Source of the DNA: Roseibacillus sp.
GTDB taxonomy: Bacteria; Verrucomicrobiota; Verrucomicrobiia; Verrucomicrobiales; Akkermansiaceae
Direction: 5' to 3'
Length of the DNA stretch: 64,000 bases
NCBI GenBank assembly: GCA_051251855.1
Contig: JBPOGI010000002.1
Location: 224,001 to 288,000 of the forward strand
Shown: in pieces, positions 56,534-64,000 of the stretch
Position numbering within the stretch: position 1 is the stretch's first letter
Layout of the letters: each line of letters begins with the position of its first letter
Notes under the pieces: generated by a model
What the model was told of the DNA's origin: nothing
Databases searched by the model: none
The model's input: only the letters and a program-made list of their open reading frames with translations
Position numbers and translations under genes: made by a program

Positions 56534-57556
56534 TCAGTTTTTGGAGAGAGTCAGTTTGTCGGAGGCCTCTGTATTGAGTTCTTTTGCGAGATTCTTGCCA
56601 TTGATTTGAAGGACGAGGTAGCCGTTTGGAGTGAGGTAGGCGGCACCCTTGCCTTGCGGAAGGAGGCTGTAGTGTTGAGTAAGAGTTACGACCTGTTCGT
56701 TGTCTCCAGAGGTGATGAGGAGCTCGTCGTTGAGCTTTACACCCAAAGTCTCGAGGTCGCTGGCGACGAAAGAGGTGGTGAGGTTGCCCCATGATTCGTT
56801 AAGGTGGGTGATAGACCCTGTGAGTGAGACTTGTGCAGTGGACGGGTATTGAGGGATGGGTTGGGTAGCATCTTGTTTACGGTTGATATTTTTGCCATCA
56901 AGCTAGTCGTCCAGTGTGTTAATCGCGTAAAGCTTCTCGCTGTCGCTCACGTTGCAATGACCTGGGCGTTCGATTTTCCAAAGGGCGGTGAATTTATCTC
57001 CTGCTTTCTCGAAATAGGTCTCGGACATGGGCCGGTTGGCTTCCTGATTGATGAGAAGGATGAAGGGGACCTTTGGTGCGTAACTGAGTTGGGGATTGTA
57101 GTCCTCTTTTGGGTAATCTTGCAGGGCGGTGCCTGTTCCGATAGCGCCATCGACCGCGAGTTTCCCTTCTGCTGCGAGAGCCGCAATTTGCCCACCCATC
57201 GAGTTTCCTAGAATGAACGTGCGGGTGGTCTCGCCGTGGAGTTCGGTGACCTTTGCTTGCAGTGCGGCGAGGTCGGTGAGGGCGTCGTCAATGATCCAGC
57301 CGTTGCGGCGATACGAAGTTGAGGCAATGACCCATCCCTCATCAGTGAGCGTGGTCTCCATTTCGCCGTCGGTTGAAAACCGAGCGCTGAGTGGCGCACC
57401 CTCAGGGCGGTATCCGTGGGCTAAAAGGAGAACCTTGCCGTTGGGTTTTTCGGGCGAAAGGATGAGGAATTTCGCGCCCTCGATTTCACCCTCTTGAATT
57501 TTGGTTTCGGCAAGTGTGGAGGAAGCGAATACGAGCAATAGGAAGAAGACCTTCAT
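56534..57556 (-). pseudogene. Exported alpha/beta hydrolase fused to a SAM-hydroxide-adenosyltransferase C-terminal-like domain, interrupted by an in-frame TAG at 56903-56905
   Basis: HGY, GNSMGG and GHC motifs. The frame stays open after the TAG (LDD*LDGK...WGNLTT...YSLLPQG...NGYLVLQING) to TGA at 56534. Confidence 0.75.
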
Positions 57557-57807
57557 AACTTCCCTCAAACCTGAACGGAATCGGTTGAGATGGGTAGGAA
57601 ACATTTGCAGTAGCGGAGGACTTCGCGGTGAGATGGAAAAGTCTAGTAGTGAGCGGTAACCTCGAATGGAGAGGGAGTGGAGCATCAACCTCTTCTTGGG
57701 TATGATTGACTGTGAGTTAGCCGAGTAACAGTAGTAGCTGCCAAGTCGTCTCTTTATTTTCTCTCTTTCTTGACGAGCTGCTGTCGCTTGCTCAGTTTAG
57801 ATAATTA

Positions 57808-59259
57808 ATGAAATATGGTTTATTTGCGGTCTATGGCTTGGCTCTTTTTCTGGGCTGGGGCTTGGCAAAGGCGATGTCTCAGTCAGGGCAATCGGTTGGA
57901 GAGAGCTCCGAGGGGAAGCCTATCGAGACTCTTGTTTCTAATGAATCGAGGTCTCCTGAGGAGAGCTCAGTAGAGCCTCCTTCCAAGGCTGAACGAATTA
58001 AAGCATCTTTGAAACGGACGGATGATCCTGGGGCTGCATTCCAAAGCCTTTTCGAGCGGAATCACGATTTTCTGCTTTCTGTGTTAGAGGCCGATGGGAT
58101 GAAGGGATTAAAGGAGAACTCGGATTTTGTGACTCTAGGGCTGCGCTTCATGCAATGGTTCGAGTTGGAACCTAGCGCCGCTTGTGCTGCTTTCTCTAAG
58201 CTAGAGAAAGATAATATTCAGAATGCGCTGCGTTATCTCTACCTCTTCCAACCACTTGAGGAGGCTGAGCTTGATCTCGTCAATGACCTTGATTCTTGGA
58301 AGGCGATTCATTCTATAGACCCCGAAAGCTCAATCAATGTGCTCGTGGACAAAATTGGCAAAACAGGAGATGTCGCGCTGTTGAAGATCGCGCAGCGTGA
58401 GCTTCCTTCGTGGTTTGAGAGCGAGGACTACGGATATAGTTTGGGGCAAGTGTGGCCGTTCGAAAAACGCAATGAGCTTCTCTCTGCTCTGCCCTTGGAG
58501 CACCGCTATATTGGTATTCTTCAATTGGCAGTCCAGACCGATCCAGTGATTGGCTTGGATTGGTTTATCTCAACGTTTCGAGCCCCTGAGACCCCTCAAG
58601 TCGTCCGTGATGGTTTAATGGAAAGAATGGATTGGATCGAGGAAATGGTTCAAGGGAGCACGCGGCCTGTGGAAGAGAAGGCTGCTCTTTTACGAGAGTT
58701 TTCAGGCAAAGACGCAACTCTTTCTGAACAAGTTGTATCGCGAGAAGTCACGAATTTTCTTCGAGGAGAAAGCGATCAATTCTACCAGTTTCATAATGGT
58801 CTCCTTGATGCGAACGAATTGCAGGAGGCTCTCTATTCGCGGAACCCGAGCCTGCGTGACTATGGCGATGATGTTCGTAGCCATTTGTTTGTTAATCTTG
58901 CTGAGAGCGACTTGTCGCGTGCACTGAGTCTCTTGGAGGGGGAATCCTCTGAGTTCATCAATGAGCAAAAGCTACGAGCGGCGAATGAAGCTTTCCGTTC
59001 GGTAAACCCTGAGAAATTCCTAGAATTGATGGAAAGCATGCCCGCAGTTGAGGTCGGGTTGAGTGAGAGGATGCAGGTGGCTTGGTCTGGTCGAACGGAA
59101 GCGAATCTAGAGCGCTTTGGCGCGGACTATTTGCGTTGGGTGAGTGGTATTGATGATGAATATCAAAGGAGAATGGCTCTCGAAGGCGTGGTAGAGAAGG
59201 GTCAGAATCGCTATCCTGATTTGGTAGAACAAGCACGTGATGAGTTGAAACAGCCATGA
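57808..59259 (+). CDS. Hypothetical exported or membrane-anchored helical protein
   Basis: 483 aa; N-terminal hydrophobic anchor; WxxxxPxxA-type helical repeats common in Verrucomicrobia. Confidence 0.75.
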   Translation: MKYGLFAVYGLALFLGWGLAKAMSQSGQSVGESSEGKPIETLVSNESRSPEESSVEPPSKAERIKASLKRTDDPGAAFQSLFERNHDFLLSVLEADGMKGLKENSDFVTLGLRFMQWFELEPSAACAAFSKLEKDNIQNALRYLYLFQPLEEAELDLVNDLDSWKAIHSIDPESSINVLVDKIGKTGDVALLKIAQRELPSWFESEDYGYSLGQVWPFEKRNELLSALPLEHRYIGILQLAVQTDPVIGLDWFISTFRAPETPQVVRDGLMERMDWIEEMVQGSTRPVEEKAALLREFSGKDATLSEQVVSREVTNFLRGESDQFYQFHNGLLDANELQEALYSRNPSLRDYGDDVRSHLFVNLAESDLSRALSLLEGESSEFINEQKLRAANEAFRSVNPEKFLELMESMPAVEVGLSERMQVAWSGRTEANLERFGADYLRWVSGIDDEYQRRMALEGVVEKGQNRYPDLVEQARDELKQP

Positions 59260-60155
59260 ATAGAAAATTTCATTTCGGAGGGATACTGTTGGTCGTTCTT
59301 ATTGGCTTCGCTTTGGGCTGGAAGCCAGTTGAGCCTTCGCTTTCTGTCTCCAATGCTGCTGCCAGCGGCAAGGCTCGAGTTCCCTCTGGTAGCGCCAAAA
59401 AATCTGAGTTCGTGGTGACGAGCAAACAAAGGAATGAGGAGTTCCAGAAGTCTTGGCAGGAAGTTACTCGTAAAAAACTGAAGGCCTATTCTCGCCTCGC
59501 TGAGCAGCGCAAGCTCTTGGCGAAGTGGGCGACTCAGGACATTGATGCCGCTCTTCTTGCTGCTCTCAGCGAGTCTTGGGATGGTGCAAGCGCATGGGAT
59601 CAAAAAATCGAATTGCGATTGAGCAACTGTATGGGAAGAGAGCTAGCGGAGCAGGCTGACCATGTGCTCGCCGGTGTCGAGGCCGGGGATTATGGCCTTT
59701 TGGAAGGACCGCTCGTTCGTTCCGCAGTTTTGACATCTTTGGGATTATCGTTCTCGCAAGAGACCCTTGAGAGATTTGATTCTTTGCAGGACCATGAAAT
59801 CAGAAAGGTGTTAGGCGCCGCTTCGCTTTCTTCCTATGACGAGTTCGAAAGTGTTTTCGATAAGATTTCTGAACGTCCGAATTTTCCCGTCGATTCTCTC
59901 TTAGAGTTCGATGACCAAGAGGATCCGTTTCCCAGTAGCTTTGCAGGGATGACTGCGGGAGCTTTAAAAAGAGAGCAATTGGTCGCTCTCTACTCACCGG
60001 AGAAGGCTCAAATGCACAAGCTCATCATTGAGTCTCTAGCCCTTAAGGCGACTTGGAATAAGGAAGAAGATCCCCTCGCTAATATCGAGGCGCTTCCCGT
60101 TGAAATTAGAGCGGGTTACCAAGACGCGGTGATAAGGCTGGCTGCGAAAAAATAG
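59256..60155 (+). CDS. Hypothetical membrane-anchored protein
   Basis: 299 aa; overlaps the previous stop; N-terminal TM and WATQDIDAAL motif. Confidence 0.75.
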   Translation: MNRKFHFGGILLVVLIGFALGWKPVEPSLSVSNAAASGKARVPSGSAKKSEFVVTSKQRNEEFQKSWQEVTRKKLKAYSRLAEQRKLLAKWATQDIDAALLAALSESWDGASAWDQKIELRLSNCMGRELAEQADHVLAGVEAGDYGLLEGPLVRSAVLTSLGLSFSQETLERFDSLQDHEIRKVLGAASLSSYDEFESVFDKISERPNFPVDSLLEFDDQEDPFPSSFAGMTAGALKREQLVALYSPEKAQMHKLIIESLALKATWNKEEDPLANIEALPVEIRAGYQDAVIRLAAKK

Positions 60156-60201
60156 AGTGAAACAATTTCTTGTTTCACCTTTCATCGATTCTCGTTGTCA
60201 C

Positions 60202-60233
60202 AAAAAAACCGTAAGGAACAGGTTCCTTACGGT
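60202..60233 (-). terminator. Intrinsic terminator after aspS
   Basis: ACCGTAAGGAAC-AG-GTTCCTTACGGT flanked by a run of A on plus (U on minus). Confidence 0.85.
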
Positions 60234-60259
60234 CTTGGAGATTGAGTTGCAGGGAGGGC

Positions 60260-62068
60260 TTATTCAGCCGCGTCCGAAGGCTTGTCGACGACGGTGGACT
60301 TGATGCGGAGTTCGCGGAGTTGCTTGAAGTCGACTTCGGAGGGGCTGGAGGTCATGAGGTCGCTGGCGCGGTTGTTCTTGGGGAAGGCGATGACTTCGCG
60401 GATGGAAGATTCGCCTGCCACGAGCATCGCGATGCGGTCGAGACCGAGAGCAACTCCACCGTGTGGAGGGGCGCCGAAGGTGAAGGCTTCGAGAATGTGA
60501 GCGAACATGGTCGCTTTTTCTTCTTCGGTAACTCCGAGGGCGTCGAACATGGCCGATTGGAGGTCTTGTTCGTGGATTCGAATCGAGCCGCCACCGAGTT
60601 CGTAGCCGTTGAGGACGACGTCGTAGGCTTGCGCGAGGAGGCCGTCACCAAGTTCGCCTTTTTTAAGTGCTTCCTCATGTTCGGGGATGGGGCGGGTGAA
60701 GGGGTGGTGGACGGCGTTCCACTTGCCTTCTTCTTCGTCGTAACCAAGGAGAGGGAATTCGGTGACCCAAAGGAAGTTGAGCTCGGTGTTGCCTTCCAAT
60801 AGATTGCGTTGGTCGGCGACTTCGAGACGCATGCGGCCGAGGACTTCGCAGGCAGGGGCCCACTTGTCGGCGGCAAAGAGGATGAGGTCGCCGGGCTCGA
60901 TGTTGAGCTTCTCGCGCAGGGCTTCGACTTCGGTATCGGTCATGCGTTTGACGAAGGGAGAGCGCCAGGTTTTGCGGTCGATGTCGCGGGCTTGAATGTA
61001 GGCCAGGCCTTTCGCTCCCGCTTCGATGGCGGTCTGGGTGAGGCGTTCGATTTGACCGGTGGAGGCATCGGCGCAGCCTTTAGCGTTGATGGCTTTGACT
61101 ACGCCACCGTTTTTGACCGCACCGGAGAAGACGCGGAATTCGCAGTCCTTGAGGTCTTCGGTGACGTCGACGATCTCCATGCCGAGACGGCGGTCGGGCT
61201 TGTCGGAGCCGTAGGTGTTCATGGCGTCCTTGTAGGTAAGGCGGTCGAAGTTGACGGGGATGTCGACTTCGAGGGACTCTTTGAAGATGCGGGCGAGGAG
61301 GCCTTCGATGAGGCTGACGATGTCTTCTTGAGTGACGAAGGAGGCTTCGATATCGATTTGGGTGAACTCAGGCTGTCGGTCAGCGCGGAGGTCTTCGTCG
61401 CGGAAGCAGCGGGCGATTTGGAAATACTTTTCGATGCCGCCGACCATGAGGAGCTGCTTGTATTGTTGTGGTGCCTGGGGAAGAGCGTAGAAGCTCTTGG
61501 GGTGCATACGGGAAGGGACGAGGAAGTCGCGTGCTCCCTCGGGAGTGGACTTGGAAAGGATGGGGGTTTCGATTTCGAGGAAAGCGAGTTCGTCGAGATA
61601 GTCGCGAGTAGACTTGGTGATGCGGTGGCGCAGGCGCATGTTGCGGGTCATGCGGTCGCGGCGCAGGTCGAGGTAGCGATACTTCATGCGCAGGTCCTCG
61701 TTGGAGAGCTCTTTGTCGAGCTGGAAGGGGAGGACGGCAGCTTTGTTGACGATTTTGAGTTCGAGGGCTGAGACTTCGATCTCACCGGTGGGTAAGTCGC
61801 TGTTAGCGGTGGACTTGCCATCGATCTCGGGGCGGGCTTCGACGGTGCCAACGACTTGGACCACGTCTTCGTCACGAAGGGTGTGGGAAAGGTCTGCCAT
61901 CTCCTTGGAGACTTCGGGGTGGAAAACGCATTGGGTGAGGCCTTCGCGGTCGCGGAGGTCGATGAAGATGACGCCACCGTGGTCACGAGCAGATTTGACC
62001 CAGCCGATGAGGGTGACTTTTTGACCGATGTCGGTGGAGCGGAGTTGGGAGCAGTGGTGTGTTCTCAT
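60260..62068 (-). CDS. aspS: Aspartate--tRNA ligase (His in RDHGG suggests the non-discriminating Asp/Asn type)
   Basis: MRTHHC, TPEGARDFLVPSR, ALPQAPQ, FRDEDLRADRQPEFTQ, HHPFT, PPHGG.ALGLDR. Confidence 0.97.
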   Translation of the reverse strand: MRTHHCSQLRSTDIGQKVTLIGWVKSARDHGGVIFIDLRDREGLTQCVFHPEVSKEMADLSHTLRDEDVVQVVGTVEARPEIDGKSTANSDLPTGEIEVSALELKIVNKAAVLPFQLDKELSNEDLRMKYRYLDLRRDRMTRNMRLRHRITKSTRDYLDELAFLEIETPILSKSTPEGARDFLVPSRMHPKSFYALPQAPQQYKQLLMVGGIEKYFQIARCFRDEDLRADRQPEFTQIDIEASFVTQEDIVSLIEGLLARIFKESLEVDIPVNFDRLTYKDAMNTYGSDKPDRRLGMEIVDVTEDLKDCEFRVFSGAVKNGGVVKAINAKGCADASTGQIERLTQTAIEAGAKGLAYIQARDIDRKTWRSPFVKRMTDTEVEALREKLNIEPGDLILFAADKWAPACEVLGRMRLEVADQRNLLEGNTELNFLWVTEFPLLGYDEEEGKWNAVHHPFTRPIPEHEEALKKGELGDGLLAQAYDVVLNGYELGGGSIRIHEQDLQSAMFDALGVTEEEKATMFAHILEAFTFGAPPHGGVALGLDRIAMLVAGESSIREVIAFPKNNRASDLMTSSPSEVDFKQLRELRIKSTVVDKPSDAAE

Positions 62069-62151
62069 GGAAAAATTAATTAGATTTGAAAGAGGTTGGG
62101 CGAGTAGCGGGAAAGGATTTTTATCTGCGGTTTAAAAAATCGAATTACCCT

Positions 62152-63444
62152 CTAGGCCAAGAGTGGGCCTTCGGGGTTTTGGAGTTTGCTTTTGAGGAAG
62201 GTGACGGTGTCGGTGTTGGGAGCGATGGATTCTTGGGCGCGGGCGTTGAGGTTTCGGAGGGTAAGTTCGGGGAATTTGTCGCCGATGACGAGGGCGTAAG
62301 GAGCAAGGGTGGTGGCGGCGGCTTTGAGCTGTTTGTCGTATTTGGTTTTGGTGAGAGCGTAGTCGACGCGGATGTCGGCTTGGCGAAGCTCCTGGATGAG
62401 GGCGAGGGCGTCGGGACGTTTTTCTTCGTCGTCGATGACGAGGTAGATGTCGCAGCTGGCGTTCCGTTGGCGCCAAGACTCGAACTTGCGGATGGAGCCG
62501 GCGCATTCTTCGATGAAGAGGCCGATGACGACGTCACCCATGGCAAAGCCCATCGCGGGGAGGTCGGTTTTGCCGTTGGTGAGGGTAGATACGAGAGTGT
62601 CGTAACGTCCGCCGCCCGCGACGGCGCGCAGGGAACGCTTGGTGTCGAAGATTTCGAAGACCACGCCGGTGTAGTAGGCGAGGCCGCGCACGATGGAGAG
62701 GTCTACTTCGAGGTAGTCGCTCAGGCCGCGGGCTTTGAGATTGTCTTGGATTTCGCGGAGGGCGTCTGATTCGTTGACGGGGTCGGCGATGAAGTCTTGC
62801 AGCTGCTGGGTGGTGAGGTCGAGGGGCTCGAGCTTGGCGGTGGTGACTTCGGGTTTTTCGCGCTCGAGTTTGTCGACGATTTGGAGGAGTTCGGCGAGTT
62901 GCCCTTCGCTGAGGCCTTCGTTCTGAGCGAATTTGGACCAGGCGTTGCGGTCGGAGAGGCGGACCTTAAAGTCGTCGGTGGTGAAACCGAGTTCGCGCAT
63001 GGTGTCGATGGCGAGCGCAATGAGTTCGGCGTCGGCCGCGGGGGAGTTGTCGCCGAGGATGTCGGTGTTGAATTGATAGAACTCGCGAGTGCGGCCTTTT
63101 TGAGGGGCTTCGTAGCGAAAGCATTGCCCGATTTCGAACCACTTGAGGGGTTTGGGATACTCGCGCTGCTTGGAGGCGGCGAGGCGGGCGAGGGAGGCGG
63201 TGACTTCGGGACGGAGGGTCACGTCGCGGTCGCCTTGGTCTTGGAAGCGAAAAAGTTGGGAGGAGAGTTCGCCACCCGATTTCTTGAGGTAGAGTTCGGT
63301 GGGTTCGAGGAGTGGGGTTTCGTATTCGACAAAGCCGTAACGGGTGGCGACGCGGCGCCAGGTCTCGAAGAGATAGTTGCGCATTTGGCAGTCGCGCGGA
63401 TCAAAGTCGCGAAAGCCGGGAAGTGTCTGGAAGCCTGCTGCCAT
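62152..63444 (-). CDS. hisS: Histidine--tRNA ligase
   Basis: LRPEVT, FRYEAPQKGR.REF.Q, VRGLAYYTG, GGGRYD. Confidence 0.97.
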   Translation of the reverse strand: MAAGFQTLPGFRDFDPRDCQMRNYLFETWRRVATRYGFVEYETPLLEPTELYLKKSGGELSSQLFRFQDQGDRDVTLRPEVTASLARLAASKQREYPKPLKWFEIGQCFRYEAPQKGRTREFYQFNTDILGDNSPAADAELIALAIDTMRELGFTTDDFKVRLSDRNAWSKFAQNEGLSEGQLAELLQIVDKLEREKPEVTTAKLEPLDLTTQQLQDFIADPVNESDALREIQDNLKARGLSDYLEVDLSIVRGLAYYTGVVFEIFDTKRSLRAVAGGGRYDTLVSTLTNGKTDLPAMGFAMGDVVIGLFIEECAGSIRKFESWRQRNASCDIYLVIDDEEKRPDALALIQELRQADIRVDYALTKTKYDKQLKAAATTLAPYALVIGDKFPELTLRNLNARAQESIAPNTDTVTFLKSKLQNPEGPLLA

Positions 63445-63563
63445 AGAAAATCAAGTGAAAGGGGCAGGTTGGTAGGGGATTGGGGGCTTCTTGTCGAGTG
63501 TAGACCTCCTTCGCCAAGGCTTCGACGCCCAAGAGGCGCTGAGGGCTGAAGGCCCGCGCGCTC

Positions 63564-64000
63564 TCAGTCGTCATTTGGCTGGCGTACCCTGAAAAATTGT
63601 TCTGCTGATTCGGAAGTGTTGATTAAGAGGGGGCTTGTGGCACCAGAGACGTCATTCCATTCGGATAGGTCGTCGCTTGCTTGTAAGGTTCCCAGATCCC
63701 ATCTGAGAACATGCTTTCCGCCAAGGGTTAAGAATTCGAGGGCGGAATCCTTGCGAATGGTCTCAACCTTCAAAAGGGTGAAGTCGAGAGGTTGATTGAT
63801 AGGTTGAAGATAGAAGCCGATAAAGTAGACATTCGAAAAATCAAAATCAGGGTGTTCTGAAAAGTTAACTTCGAGCTGAATGACTTGTTCAGGGTAGGCC
63901 TCTGCTTGAGGAAGCAGGTCAATATTGATTGATTGAGAGCAGCCTTTTGGAGTGACTCTCTTCAGAGTGACTGTAAGCCGAGAATCTTCAGATGGTAATT
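63564..64000 (-). CDS. 3' part of a secreted protein with Verrucomicrobia-type C-terminal domain (runs off right edge)
   Basis: Frame open to the window edge; ends LRW...TLQASDDL.EW.DV.GATSP...FFRVR. Confidence 0.7.
   Translation of the reverse strand, partial: LPSEDSRLTVTLKRVTPKGCSQSINIDLLPQAEAYPEQVIQLEVNFSEHPDFDFSNVYFIGFYLQPINQPLDFTLLKVETIRKDSALEFLTLGGKHVLRWDLGTLQASDDLSEWNDVSGATSPLLINTSESAEQFFRVRQPNDD

Noticed and set aside
56903..56905. Pyrrolysine or programmed amber readthrough
   Set aside because: No pyl genes in the window and other genes use TAG as a normal stop; a point mutation is simpler.
60242..63549. Long plus-strand ORFs opposite aspS/hisS, and similar ones opposite the AAA, cusA and czcA genes
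   Set aside because: Antisense shadows caused by codon bias; no recognisable protein motifs.
63505..63560. REP-like sequence CCTCCTTCGCCAAGGCTTCG upstream of hisS
   Set aside because: Only one copy is in the window, so repetition cannot be shown.

Overview
The window looks like a Verrucomicrobiales-type chromosome; this is inferred from gene style only. Positions 1 to about 53515 are the tRNA-proximal part of a large integrative element inserted at the 3' end of tRNA-Thr(CGT) (53516-53590, minus strand). No integrase or far att site is in the window. Reading inward from the tRNA, the element carries: (1) an att-arm region with an IHF-consensus site, TTGCCAA repeats and 10-bp-phased CGGA repeats; (2) an Xis/AlpA-like HTH gene, two tandem degenerate DUF3987-like/wHTH genes and an iteron-like region; (3) a complete Shango defence system; (4) a ~21.6-kb Czc/Cus/Cop heavy-metal cluster with no regulator gene, whose two operons are each headed by a Cys/His-rich ORF resembling an arrest peptide; (5) a ~14-kb defence hotspot with IetAS plus YozE-PIN, nuclease-SEC-C, DUF4209-HEPN, CHAT protease, membrane protein and NERD genes; (6) a hairpin-punctuated operon encoding a Cas4/RecB-like nuclease, DUF3150, DUF1257, DUF2997, a Ycf46-like AAA+ ATPase, a beta clamp and a WGR DNA ligase. 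Host DNA right of the tRNA holds a sulfatase, hydrolases (one interrupted by an in-frame TAG), two hypothetical exported proteins, aspS and hisS. The best candidates for undescribed systems are the HEPN-CHAT-membrane protein trio, the nuclease-SEC-C/YozE-PIN pair, the DUF3150/DUF1257/DUF2997/AAA+ operon, the paired pseudo-helicase module and the metal-sensing leader ORFs. All family assignments come from recognising motifs by eye; no database search was run.
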